A stretch of 64,000 bases of DNA from positions 1 through 64,000 of the forward strand of contig PNXW01001157.1 in the NCBI GenBank assembly GCA_013265495.1, read 5' to 3'. Positions 25,701-38,621 of the stretch are shown piece after piece (the stretch's first letter is position 1; the number at the start of each line of letters is the position of its first letter). The DNA comes from Vicugna vicugna. Taxonomy: Eukaryota. A program made the translations under genes and the position numbers. The notes beneath the pieces are model-generated. The model was not told the origin of the DNA and searched no databases. It was given only the letters and a program-made list of their open reading frames with translations.

Positions 25701-28137
25701 ATGGTTGTTCTGTTGTTTCTCCTGTGAGACTAGCTGACTTACATGTTTATCTTGCGGCCTGTGTGCACTGAGGCCACTGGGCACTTTTGTTTCCCGAGTG
25801 CCCAGCTCTGTCTCAGCGCTTGTGTTCATCGTCCCTGTATCTGTCCACCCTCACACTTGTTTGCATCCTTTTTCTAGATTGTCTCTTTTCTCTCTTGATT
25901 TTTTAAGTGTGCAGACTTCATCATATATATTTACCTGACTGTCATACACAGTAGATGATTAAGTTAAGTAATGAATAACTGAATAATATAATAGCTATCA
26001 GGTTTTTAAATAATATATTTTTATTTCCTAAATGTCCAATTTTAAGAGTTATGTTCCTAATCCTTCTCAAGATAGGTAATACTTAACTAGGAGCTTTCAT
26101 TAATTTAAAAGATATTTTTGGCTCACTGGAATCTTTTGCAGCTTACACATTTTGATAGTTCATCTCATACTTGTCTGCTAATGACTGTTGAATGTTGAAA
26201 AAAATGCAGGGGCATGGTAGAGCTGCATGGTAGGGCATGGGCATAGCATGCACAAGGTCCTGGGTTCAGCCCCCGGTGCCTCCATTAAAAATAAAGCAAA
26301 TAAATAAACCTACTTACCCCCAAATAAAAATAAATACTAACCCCCCAGCAGCGTATAAAGGAAAGGAAGTATGTTTAAAAAATATTGAGAAAAAGGCAAC
26401 ATCTCATTTTTAGATCATATTAAACATTTTATTAAAATTATTATTGCCTTATATTTTAACGGCTGTACATTCCCACTTACATGTATCAGCTTTTGGGTTT
26501 GTGACTTCATTCAGATTTACATGACAGTTTGTAAGTCTCCATGTTCTACAGTTGTGGCTGAGAAATAGAGTCAGAGAAGAGGGAAAGCTTTTCCATTGAA
26601 ATAGTTATTACAGGAATTGATGATTCCTGTAATTCCTAATAAGGTTAATAAGTCATAGGGGTATATTTTTGAAGTCTTAAACTCCAAATCACCTGGCTAA
26701 GCCACAGAGCTGAGACAGTTACTCGACACTGAGCACCTGGGGGTGGCAGAGGCGTGGCTAGGAAGTCACCCTACAAAGGACTTGTTCCTGACTCTGTGCT
26801 GTCTCATGATTGCTGCGTCATGGATGGAGTATCTGACCAGGGCCAAAGCAGACGTGCTGCTGGTGGACGCATTGTGGAGCCCCTGCCGGGCAGGCTTGAG
26901 GACTGTGTGGCATTTCATTTCTCGTGCTGTGGAAGTCTTTGAGCTGGGCCCCGAAAGAGTGCAGATTGGTAGGTCTGACAATATTGAAGACATTTAGACA
27001 TTTCCGATATGCTCTTTGATATACGCGGACACCAATGGTGTCACTTTAACCCTTGCTTATGATACTGGGGACCCCAGAACAGGGCAGCAGTTAAATGCTC
27101 ACAGAGACAAGCTTGTTGCAGGCTGTGGTGAACTTACCTTACAAAGGAGGCAGGACCCTCACAGGTGAGTCAAAGTGGTCTGGTGCACTGGGAGCTCTTG
27201 CTTTTTAGTCAAAGCTTGTGGTGGAATAATGATGTGATAGATTCTCTTTTAAAAATCCCCATAGGCATGGCTTTCACCAACAGAGCTTCAAGACCCAAGG
27301 TGACATGAGGCCTGGGGCCCAAAAAATTGGTGCTCTCGTCAGTGATGGAAAATCCCAAGGTGATGTTGAGGCCCCGGCAAAGCAACTCAGGGATGAAGGC
27401 GTGGAGCTGTTTGTCATTGAGAAGACTGGCTATGCCCCTGGGGCTTGCAAGTATGCTGAGGATGGTTTTGTAGTTAAAAATACTTTCTGAAGCATGGACA
27501 AAGAGTCAAACACGTTTTTCCCTGTTACATAATTTATCAAAATGCTGTGCCAGGACGTTAATTAATTTCCTTCTTTTCTCCTTGCAACGGGCCGAAACTC
27601 TGTGGCTTCTTGAAAGAGAGTAATGGGTCAAGAGGACAAATGTACTATTACAAGGACTCAGGAAAAATTTGTTTGACTTTCCACAGCGCTGTGTTTGTTT
27701 TTGATATTTGTTATTTTACTTTCCAGAAAAAACATTGAAGAGACACTTTTTGGTGGGGAACTGGTGCTAGAAGCACTTAGGAGAATCTAAACAAAACAGA
27801 TTTCGGTTAATACAATTTTTTGTTCCTATTTTATAATTAGAGATATGTAGTCATTTGATTATTGAGGAAAATCATATCTATGTCCTAGTTAACATTGAAT
27901 ATACAGGGGAAGCCCATAAAATATTGGCTTTATTCGGTTGATTTTTTTCTGAGACTTGTTTTTTAATTTGTACGCATCCATTTTTCCAAGGTATGAAAAG
28001 TGCTGACAAAGCTGAGTTAAAAATAACTGCAGCAGATCCCGGTGATCCCCACGCATGCAACGTGGCAGATTTTGCGCCCCTCTCCAGGATCGTGGGTGGC
28101 CTCACCCTTAACTTGTGTAAGAGCATCAGAGGTCCGG
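22790..28137 (+). pseudogene. COL12A1: Unprocessed partial COL12A1 pseudogene: two FN3 domains plus VWA3, 7 exons (22790-23054, 23516-23709, 24766-24864, 26822-26968, 27050-27164, 27265-27419, 27991-28137)
   Basis: Peptides [36 protein letters not shown]...[56 protein letters not shown] and NVADF..LSRIV occur in collagen XII order. Frameshifts in several exons, acceptors mutated at 26821 (CAT) and 27049 (TAA), donor lost at 27420. Confidence 0.95.
26209..26340 (+). mobile_element. tRNA-derived SINE (Vic-1-like)
   Basis: AGCATGCACAAGGTCCTGGGTTCAGCCCCC core and A-rich tail. Confidence 0.85.
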
Positions 28138-28149
28138 GTAAGGTTAGCC

Positions 28150-28370
28150 CAGGGTTTGTCACCCAAGCACTGTTGATATTTTGGTCCAGAGAGTTATTTT
28201 TTGGATGGGGGGAGTGGATTCTTTTGTGCACTGCGAGATGTTTAGCAGCATCTCTGGAGTCTGCCCAGTGGATACTGGTAGAATCCCCTGAGTCGTGACA
28301 ACTAAAAATATCTTCAGAATTTGCCACATGTCTGCTGGGGAGAATACTGCCCCCAGTTGAGAATCATTGG
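28150..28370. mobile_element. MER20 DNA transposon
   Basis: GATGTTTAGCAGCATCTCTGG...GTGACAACTAAAAATATCT...CCCCAGTTGAGAATCATTG. Confidence 0.85.
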
Positions 28371-30579
28371 TTTAGTCCCTGCCTTTTTTTTTTCCCCTGG
28401 TAGCATCAAACTATAAATGACTTCTGGGTTATTTGAGGGTACATTTTGTTTGTATATGCCTGTACCACACACATACACACACACACACACAAATGAGATT
28501 GGGGAAGGAGAGACGCCCCCTCTCCTGGCGCGTGTCTCCTTTCTGGGCAAGCGCCTTCCCTCTGTGTGGCTCCTAAGTTAACTATGAAATAGTGGTTTCC
28601 AGGTGCTATTTTCTAAAGCGTGCTCCCTCCGCATTTGGTTAGGGCTGGAAGAGGGGTCTTACGTGTGATTTGCTTTGCCCCAGCTGCTGATGACCACATT
28701 TGATACTTTGCACTTGTAACCACAAAATACAAAGACAAATTAAAATATTAGAGCTTGGACTTTTAGAAAGGATGTCCTCTCTCTCTATCAGTGAAGAAAC
28801 AGATTTAGAGAAGTTAAATTACTTACTCAGGGTCAAATGGTTAAAGATGTTTATAGAGGTCCTTGAAAAAAGGTAGCTATTGATAAGGAATTAAGATTTA
28901 TAAATAAAACTATGGAAGTGAATTTTAGTAACAAAGGATGGTGCAAAATAGTTACTCTCTGTGTAAATCATTGGACAAAAATGGTAAGTACCAAATTGAA
29001 GGTTTTCTGAAAAGTAATGATAAAAATTATGGCTCTTATTATATGAGAAAAATTTCATTTAAATATATATAGATTATGTAAAGATTGTCTTTCACTATTT
29101 CGTTCTGGTTTTGGAAAGTTAGAATGAGTTTAACAAAGTGGCAGAAATGGGTCACGTGCTTTGGGTACTGAGGATACACCTATTTGAACGTTGCTTACTG
29201 TATTTCTCTGCCAATTTGGATTTTGAACAACAGATGGACCTTTCCCCTGGAGAAACAGACCAGCCAGGAAGGCAGATAGTGTAGGTTTCTGGCTCTGGAT
29301 TAGCTGAGAGAAGTGCAGTTTTATTTAGTTGGAGGGAACTTTGAGTATGGATGAAAGTGTCTTTTATCTTTTATTCTTTATTTTTAAAAAATACCTACTG
29401 TGTAATAGTTACATTCATTTAGTTTCCCAGACTGTAAAATTGCTTGATAATTTTTTACAATAATGGTCAGGATACCAAGAACGGAAGGGTTTTTTTTTCC
29501 CAGCTTTGGCTTACAAAGGAAGTAGAACAGGTTTACATGAGAATGAAAGACATGCTCATGGAGTCATTGGATCAATTCTCCTGTAATTATTATTTAGGAT
29601 ATCTTTCTAATGGTCATATTGAACTGAGTGTTTCTACTTTCATTAATATTTACTCTAAGTATTTTTCTGTATTAGTCATTTCACCTATACTGGTCTCCAC
29701 AGAGAAAACAATCACAGGCAGTAGAATCTTCTCAAGTTTTAGAAAATGTGGTGGTTCTTCCTCTGTCTTAATGAGAAAATGGTTAGCTGCTTTTATTACT
29801 GACTTACATCTTGACAGGGAACTAGACATGAGTAAGAAAGCAGTTCTGTCCTCACAGAGTGTAACTTAGAGTTAAGGGGATGAGACGTGAATATAAATGG
29901 TCAAAATGATAATGAGGGCAGTGAGCTTGGGTGGTGCCAGTAGCGACAGGGGCAGTGGGACTGTCAGGATCCCAGATGTCACTCACTGATGCATGTCCCA
30001 GGTTAGAGAGAGGAGAAAGTATTCAAGGGTGACTCAGAGGTTCTGAGCTCTAGGTGACTGATAAACTTCTGGTGCCATCTGGAAGATGGGGAGCAAGTTT
30101 TAATGAGAGACAGTGAGCTCAGGGTTGAGTCTTAAGAGGCTGAGGAACAACTCCTTTGATCGTCCATTCAGAGAGGACTTCTGGGCATTGGGCCTCTAAA
30201 CTGATTTACTGTAACTTAGTATGTTTGTAGTCCCTAAGATTTCCTGTGAACTTTTAGGCACATCCAAAATGCGTTCCTAATGGTTGGTTTGTTTTGCAGT
30301 TGTGCTTGTGAAAGCTGTACTAGTCTCTTGATCTCAGTGGGCCTTTTCATTGTAATGATTAGAAACAAATTTTTTGATGGCTCTGGGTTTTGTGTATTTG
30401 GCTTGGTTACCAGGAGATAGAGAAATAATTGACAGTGAAAGCTCCAAACTGCTGGCAGACATTCCAGATGGCTTGAGCTGCAAACTAACTAGACTGCTGG
30501 TCACAAAACTAACACGTTGGGTAAGTTAGTGAACATGTATTGCCTTTTTTTCTCTATGCTTAGAAGCTAGTTTCCTCTG

Positions 30580-30669
30580 TGGGAAGGTTATAGCTCAGTG
30601 GTAGATAGAATGCGTGCTTAGCATGCAGGGGTTCCTGGGTTCAATCCCCAGTACCTCCATTAAAAAAAA
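30580..30669 (+). mobile_element. tRNA-derived SINE (Vic-1-like)
   Basis: TATAGCTCAGTGGTAGA...CCTGGGTTCAATCCCCAGTACCTCC plus A tail. Confidence 0.9.
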
Positions 30670-33600
30670 CAGGTCACAGAATACTCTGAGTTGTCTAGAT
30701 TTAAATATTATATCCATTACTTTTTAAGTGTTTTACTCTTGCCACCTGTCTTCATATATATCCCAACCACACCCAGCTTTTCTTCCAGAAAATGCTCCAA
30801 CTTTCTGAAATTCTTTTCTGCTACTTTATTTTACAGAGATATCCATGAATGGCAATAGATGCATATGTGTATTTAAAATTTACATTGGTAAATATTCTCA
30901 TTCACGTATCTTTAACTTCATTTGATAGATGGCGTATCAGCTTTCAATTTAGGAGTAGAGGAAGATGCAGAATCCTCTTCTCATTTGGAGGTACTGTTCT
31001 ATCATTATCATTATTATTATTATTTAGAAGTATAAACTGTGAGTTATATTAACACATAAATGAAGGGATTCTCTGAGGTTAGTTACTCACCTTTGCACTT
31101 GCCCATCCAAACTTCCTCTTATGTTTTCTAGTCCACCATTACGAGCTTCATTGTATGCAGGGTGTCATGCCAGTGCCTAGTACACTCTGTGAGGTTTCCA
31201 GTCTCACCTAATGAAACCAGTGTATGTAGCACAAAAAGCAGTGTTGAGAAGTCCTATGGAATCAACTTGGCTTCTTGAGTTTTTTCTCTAAAAAGTAAAG
31301 AACTATTCTTTTTCAACCTGTGACCAATTGTGTGTTTCTTTTGTATAAATGGATGTGTCAGACTCCAGGCAGGTGTAGAGAAAAATAGGTTGGATTAAAA
31401 AGAAGAGTGTTTTCATGTTGTGTTTTGCTTTGTGTTTTTGCCATATTGACCTTGAAAAGCAAATGCCTGTGAAATGGAATTATTATAGTTTCCTTGTCAT
31501 AGATCTGCAGGGACTATTTCACGAGAACCAGAAGCATGGTGGAGGGTGATAAATATGTGGGGTCAGTGTACCAACAGTTTGGGTGAGTGATGTTTTAATG
31601 AAGAGAACCCCTTTTTGATAGTTTTTGTGGCCTGCATGTTGCACTTTGATAATGACCATAGTTGAAGTACTGTAAGTAACAGTGATGACATGTTCAAAGC
31701 TGATGGCTGTGGGGAGAGGTAAGGAGGCCCAGAGCTCTTGGATCTGGAGAACTGCTGCCTAGTGGCCCAGCAGTGTGTGTGAAGTCAACAGATACGTTGG
31801 CATGCACTAGCTGTGGGGTCTTGGAAAAACTTGTTGGAGCTAGTTTGAATGTCAGCAACCTTGTTGGTAAAATGGTACTGATACCTCTGAGATATGTGCA
31901 ATGAACAAACATGGTAACAAATGTGAAAACATGTTGTCGTGTGTAAGTGGTGCTGTAGGGGGTGAGACAGAATGATCACTGGCAATGCATGGCTATGTGT
32001 TTAGGACACTTTTTTGACACCTGAAAGACAATAAATGACACTGGAGTTAAGCATGGGAAAGTCAGAGCGAGCACATGGATTTCTCACTTGGGGTGTGTCA
32101 CGTTTCAGTGGACTTAATGCAGATCTCTGATAAGTACAGAGTGCTTTGGTACTTGAGGCCAACTTGAGATTTTAGATGTTTTGACCTTAAAGAAATTCCT
32201 TCTCCTGAACACCCACTGTGTGCCGGGCAGTTAGACACTGAACATACCAGGTGAGGGGTGAGGCTGTGGGGGTGGAAACAGAAGAACCAGTGAACAGGAA
32301 TTCTCTGTCAGTCACAGTGAGTCCTTCAGGTAAAGAAAATGGAAAAACTTCAGTTTTTTATGAAAGTTATGAAAGTGGGTGATTTTAGCTAGGATCGGGG
32401 TGGGGTAAGAGTGGAACTTACTAGTCGGCACAGATCAGAGTGTGACCACAGCTGCCAAGGAAAGGATGGGATGGAGCCACTCACATGATGGCCCAGGGGA
32501 GGGCTCTTCTGGACTGAGAACAGGGGGTCACATCTGTTTATCGTTGGACCCCAGCACCTTAGAGTGACCAGGAAGCAGCAAGTGGGTAACCGTCCTTACA
32601 ACCATTTTTATTGTTGTTGTTTGTAGGAAAGAAGACGTGCACAGTGAGGGCCTGGCATATGCGGGGGGTTAGGAAATAAATGTCCTCATCCTTCCCTTAT
32701 GGCAGTCCCTGTGCTTTTTTGAGGAATTGCGTATCTACATTTAAAGTTTTGCTGTTATTAAAACAGCATTTTTCTTACTACTTTGCTACTTTATTCAACT
32801 AGTTTTCCTAACTGTAAAAGTTTTATCAAATAATAGATTGTGCTAAGCTACTGCTTACTGAAATGAAGCAGCTTCTACAGTGTTCTGTCAGTACTCAGTG
32901 TGATAGACTCCAAGGTTTGTTTCATGCCAAGGATCTCATTTTAATACTAAATCCGTATCTGTCCTTAGAAATATTTTAAATTTATAGCAATATACTTACT
33001 AAAATATTTGTTTAAAAATAAGTGTATTTTAAATTTTACTTTTTTATTGAAGTATAGTCAGTTTACAATGTTAGTTTCATGTGTACAGCAAAGCAATTCA
33101 GCTTTACCTACAAAAATAGGTATTTTTAAAAATGTCTTCCTTTTTGTGGGGGAATTCAACATGAAGTTAGGTGTTTTGAAGTTAATTCTTTGTTGAAATG
33201 TGAATATAAGTCAGTGTTTTGCATGTGAAAATACTTGCTCTGGCTTTCCATGTTCAGTTTACTGAATCAAAAGCCAAATGAAGAAAAAAGATAGACTAGA
33301 TCTAGAAAATGTATATGAAATTTTCTATTTAAATGTTTGGTTTCCCAAGATATTCTTCTCTTATTTTAAGTCTAATTGCTTTTAAAATAGGAATTTTTTT
33401 TAAAAAGTTAGAAAATGCAGGGATTTTCTTAGCAAGGGATTAGGAAATCTTTATTCAACTCATTATTAATATTGATTTTAACAGAGTATCTCTGAGAGTC
33501 GACCACAGAGGTATGTGGATATTTCATCTGGAGCTGCAGGTCAAATGGAGGAAAATATATTAAGTGGACAAATAGAAGGTAAGAGCTGTATTTTATTAAA

Positions 33601-35417
33601 AAGTCTTTTGATAGGATGTTGATTTCAAACATGAATTCAGATATATTCTAAAAGCCAAAGAAAATCACCTGGTGAAGGTATAGTGAGGAAAAAGGTGAGA
33701 AATGGAGGCAAGTTACATAACTTAGGTGTCCACAGCGAATTAGACTGAGGGTGCCGTTTAAGGAGCTATGTTGTTAGTTTCACTTCAAGGTCCTCTGCCA
33801 CCTAAGGACAATCAGGAGGTAAGGAGGAGGGAAAGAGGGGAAGAAGAATGAGCGAGGCAGAGAGGACAGGCAGTAAGTGAAAGGAAGGGAGGGGCCTGTG
33901 GGGAATGGTGGGAAGGCAGAGCAGTTCTTTGGAAAGAGGAAGAGTGTCTGAAATGTGAGATGGATCTGAAGTGAGCTTCCAGCACCACAGCTTGTCCGAG
34001 AAACACGAATGTTCCCACTGTCCCCGTCCTCCTCATTGTTAGGAGGGCAGTGGGGGCTGAGGTGCCTGATCACGCAGAGCTGGGTTCTCCCTGCCGTGGT
34101 TGAACACAGGCAGGTGTGGGCAGCTGTAAATTTCTGGACCTTCATGTCATGTGGTGTGTTGCTGCCTTATAGGATGGTGTCACCTCGGCCAAGAGAAGAG
34201 AATAAGGAAGAGGAAGAGAGCAGGGTGTGTTACGGGGGAGGGGAGGGGCGGGGGGGGGGTCTGTGAAGCTGTTTCCTGATTAAGAGTCCGTTAGAATGTG
34301 TGCAACTTCTAGTGCAGTTTCAGGTTGGGGAAGCGTTACAGTGGGCACTTGAGGCTAGATTTCAGAAGGATCAATTATGTCAAGTAGACTTGGTATAGAC
34401 CAGAATTTCTCAAATTGTAATTAGTCACCCAGGGACTGGGTGAAAAATGCATGTTCTGATCAGCAGGCCTGAGATTTTGCATTTCTAAGAAGTTCTAAGG
34501 TGACACCCTTGTTACTGGTCTTGAGGCCATGCTCAGAGCAGCAAGAGGGTAGACGTGTGTTTAGAGAAATCTGGAAGAGCCCCTGGAGAGCTCACGATGT
34601 AACAGCATCAGGAAAAGTGTGGTTTTGTTTTCCTGTCTGAGCACGTTTATAGCCAGAGGGAGGCAAAGAGTTGAAGTAGAAATTACCCATGTAAGGTACT
34701 GTGATCAAGCAGAGAGGAAAAAGAAGTGGTGGGGGTCATCCATCCAAAGAATCCAGAAGGGGAAGAGTTACGACCACAGATCTAGGGATCCCTTTGAAGA
34801 GGGGAGGATGCAGTGAAAGGAAGGAAGGAGGAGAAGAAGCAGTAGGTAGCTGATGTAGGAATTGATGAGGAAACTTGAGAGAACTCCTTCTAGATGGCAT
34901 CATGTATTTGCACTGAAGCAAGATTAGGTCATTGACACTGCAGAGAATTCTGGAAGCAGGAAGGGGCTGGAACTAGGCAAACCACAGCCACTGCTCACAA
35001 CTATCAGGCATCAAGGATGTATGTTGCCTTGGTATTTGTTATTCAGATGAGATTAGTTTGAATATGGAAGCACTGGATGTTTGTTAGTTTTTTTTTTTTT
35101 TAGGATAGCTAATTTTTTGATACTATGGTTGTTTCACAGAAAGCCTTTTAAACATTAGCATTAGATACCAAACCAAACTAATTTTGAAAACAAAAGAAAT
35201 TAATAGGGTTCATTCCCTAAAAGCTCAAATTGTTTTCAGTAAATACTACAGTGGTTTTGAAGTATAAAAGACTTTTAATGTCTAATAATCCTGTGGCAAT
35301 TAAATTTATTTTTTTCCTTTTTTGATAATCATATTTCAATGTGGAAAATTTAATATACATTATTTCTTAGGTGTGTCTTATATATCTTCTTGCACGAGAG
35401 GATCAAGAAACTTTGAG

Positions 35418-37197
35418 ATGACAACCAAGACCACGTCCACCCCGACAGCATGGGCCGCTCTCTGCTCCACCTTTACCACCGGGCTGCACCACCACCAGTT
35501 TGCCATGGGTAATGACATTGCTGCGCTTGTGGTTGACAGTGGCTCCAGCATGTGCAAGGCTGGCTTTGCAGGCGATGATGCCCCCCGGGCCATCTTTCCC
35601 TCCATCATGGGACGCCCACGGTACCAGGGCGTCATGGTGGGCACGGGCCAGAAAGACTCCTACTTGGGTGATGAGGCCCAGAGCAAGAGAGGCATCCTGA
35701 CCCTCAAGTACCCCACTGAGCATGGCATTGTCACCAACTGGGACGACATGGAGAAGATCTGTCACCACACCTTCTATAATGAGCTACGTGTGGCCCCTGA
35801 GGAGCACCCCATGCTCCTGACTGAGGCCCCCCTGAGCCCCAAGGTGAACTGTGAGAAGATGACCCAGATCATGTCTGAGGCCTTCAACACCCCAGCCATG
35901 TACGTGGCCATCCAGGCCGTGCTGTCCCTGTACACCTCTGGCTGCACCACTGGCATTGTGGTGGACTCTGGTGATGGAGTCACTCACACTGTGCCCACCT
36001 ATGAAGGGTATGCTCTCCCCCACGTCATCCTGCATCTGGACCTGGCTGGCTGGGACCTGACAGACTACATCATGAAGATCCTCACGGAGCGTGGCTACAG
36101 GTTCACCACCACGGCCGAGTGGGAGATCGTGCATGACATCAAGGAGAAGCCCTGCTACATCGCCCTGGACTTGCAGGAGATGGCCGCCACCGCCTCCAGC
36201 TCCTGCCTGGAGAAGAGCTATGAGCTGCCCGATGGTCAGGTCATCACCGTCGGCAGCGAGCGCTTCTGCTGCCCCGAGGCTCTCTTCCAGCCCACCTTCC
36301 TGGGCCTGGAAGCCTGTGGCATCCACGAGACTACCCTCAACTCCATATGAAGTGTGATGTGGACATCCGCAAGGACCTCTACACCAACACGGTGCTGTCT
36401 GGCGGGACCACCATCTACCCCGGCATCACCAGCAGGATGCAGAAGGAGCTCACCGCCCTGGCCCCCAGCATGGTGAAGGTCAAGATCATCGTGACCCCCG
36501 AGCTCAAGTACTCCATGTAATGGGCGGCTCCATCCTGGCCTCGCTGCCCACCTTCCAGCAGATGTGGATCAGCAGGCAGGACTATGACGAGTCCAGCCCC
36601 TCCATCGTCCACTGCAAGTGCTTCTAGGCGGACTGAGTTACTGTCCATCGTTCTCTTGACAAAAACCTAACTTCAGTGGAAAAGGAGATGAGTGGCATAG
36701 CTTTATTTTGTTTTGTTTTTTAATTTTCTTTAATATTTTTTCTCTTTTTGGTACTTGACTCAGGATTTAAAAACAGTGAAGGTGATAGCAGTCAGTTGGA
36801 TTGAGCATCCCCAAAATTCTACCTTGTGGCCGAGGACTTTGTACATTCTTTTAAATAGTCATCACAAATATTGTGAGATGCATTGTTACCGGAATTCCCT
36901 TGCCTTTCCAAAACTACCCGACTTCTCTAAGGAGAAGGGCCAGTCCTCGCACAAGTCCACAAGGGAGGGTGGTAGCATTGCTTTTGTGTAAGTGATGTTC
37001 TCCAAATGAAAAAAGATTACCTTAATACTTGTTTTTGTTTTATTTGGAATGGTCAGACCCCCTTTTTTGTCCCCAAACTTGAGATGTATGAAGGCTTTTG
37101 GTTCTGGTGAGAGTGGGTTGAGGCATGGAGGCAGCCAGGGCTTATCTGTACACTGACTTGAGACCAGTTCAATAAAGTGCACACCTTAAAAAAAAAA
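35418..37197 (+). pseudogene. ACTB: Processed beta-actin retrocopy (5' UTR, CDS 35505-36627, 3' UTR, poly-A)
   Basis: Intronless actin CDS; ACTB-type 3' UTR (TAGGCGGACTG...GACTTGAGACCAGTT.AATAAAGTGCACACCTT); A tail; TSD AAACTTT(G/A)AG. A 1-nt deletion gives TGA at 36348-36350 and there is a second lesion near 36518. Confidence 0.97.
37171..37176 (+). terminator. AATAAA polyadenylation signal of the ACTB retrocopy
   Basis: AATAAA 11 nt upstream of the A tail starting at 37188. Confidence 0.85.
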
Positions 37198-37902
37198 GAA
37201 AAACTTTAAGTGGGTTAAGCTAGAGGATACAAGAAATGTAGGCACACCAGTAGCCCACATGGGTGTGGGAAAAAAATGAACATTTTAATGAACTATTCTC
37301 CAAGTGTGTCGCCAAGCTGATCAACTCATAGCACTCTCTCTGATGAGGAGTGAATTACATATTCAAATAAAGTGTCATCACAACTGTGGACTTCCTAAAT
37401 TACAGGGCGAATTGAAAAACCTGATGCATCCTTGTAGTCTGATGGTGTCAACTGCATTAAATATGTGCTGCTGCGTTAGTCTCCTTGGAGTCATGATTTA
37501 TTCTGATTAAAGCTCACTTTTCTCATCAATCAGCATGTTCCCATTGGTATATGTGCAATTTTCTATTTTATAAACTCATTTGGAACATAATCATACTTTT
37601 GAAATCTTAACTGCATGTTCTGTTAAACCTATATTCCTGTTTTTATTCATTATCTGTAATGGATTCATGTTTCTGTCTTGTTGCTGTCTTAACTGCCCCT
37701 CAAAAACAAAACACCAAAACCTAACGTGTTCATTTCCAAAGCAAGTGTGAGGGTTACACTCATTCCTAACTCTGCATGACTGTACAGTTGGCTTTTGTGT
37801 TTACATGTCATTGGTTATGTGTCCCTTTAGTCTTTCAGATTCTACTGGAGAATATCCTCACTTGAAGGTAAGAACTTTTATAATTTTACCTTGAATTTTT
37901 TA

Positions 37903-37961
37903 GTGGGGGTACTGGGAATTGAACCCAGGACCTCGTGCGTGCTAAGCAGGCACCCTCCCCC
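37903..37961 (-). mobile_element. tRNA-derived SINE, internally deleted
   Basis: GGTACTGGGAATTGAACCCAGGACCTCGTGCGTGCTAAGC. Confidence 0.85.
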
Positions 37962-38535
37962 CTTGAATTATTACTATAGATTATATCAAGTGTACATTAT
38001 TTATTACTCTTTGTTTCAAAACCCATTCAGCTACAGTTGGAGTGAGATTCTGTTCCTAATAAAACAGGAGGGGTGAAGGATTTACAAACATCCAGATCAG
38101 GTAAACTTTGCAATACAAATTTAACTCTGAAAAGAAGTGCACTAAAATATTTAAAATGTTCACTGTCTTCTCATTTCTAATTCCTTCTTTTTTTTTTCAA
38201 ATTTAATTGAAAGATTTGACATAAATAAGACACGTTATTGTTACTATCCATGTTTGGGAAAATATATTCATAAGCATAAGAAAAAGATTTTTAAAATATA
38301 AGCTTTAACTCAGAAGTTTCCATTTATGTTGGGATACACTAAAGTGCTCAGTTTGGAATCCCTACACTACTTAGGGATTCTGAGAGATTATTAGTCGCTA
38401 AGATTTTTTTCCAGTGTTTTAAAATGCTTAATTGAATTCTGAGCTTTATGTAGAGTAAAGCTTCACTTGCTAACATGTCGATTGTATTTCAACTTTAATT
38501 ATTTCATTTTAGTGTTATTACATTGATGATATATA

Positions 38536-38621
38536 TTTTTTATTTAATGGAGGTACTAGGGATTGAACCCAGGACCTTGTGCATGCTAAGCACATGCTTT
38601 ACCACTGAACTATACCCTCCC
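38536..38621 (-). mobile_element. tRNA-derived SINE (Vic-1-like)
   Basis: GGAGGTACTAGGGATTGAACCCAGGACC...CCACTGAACTATACCCTCCC. Confidence 0.9.

Noticed and set aside
30414..30520. Resemblance of DIPDGLSCKLTRLLVT to a PARG segment
   Set aside because: Short match from memory only, and the next exon-like segment does not continue it
35322..36350. 342-aa ORF as a stand-alone functional actin gene
   Set aside because: It starts at an intronic TTG upstream of the splice acceptor, lacks the last ~93 actin residues and carries many substitutions; treated as a retrocopy/chimera instead
35378..36648. Overlapping antisense and alternate-frame ORFs in the actin region
   Set aside because: Shadow ORFs expected from GC3-rich actin codons
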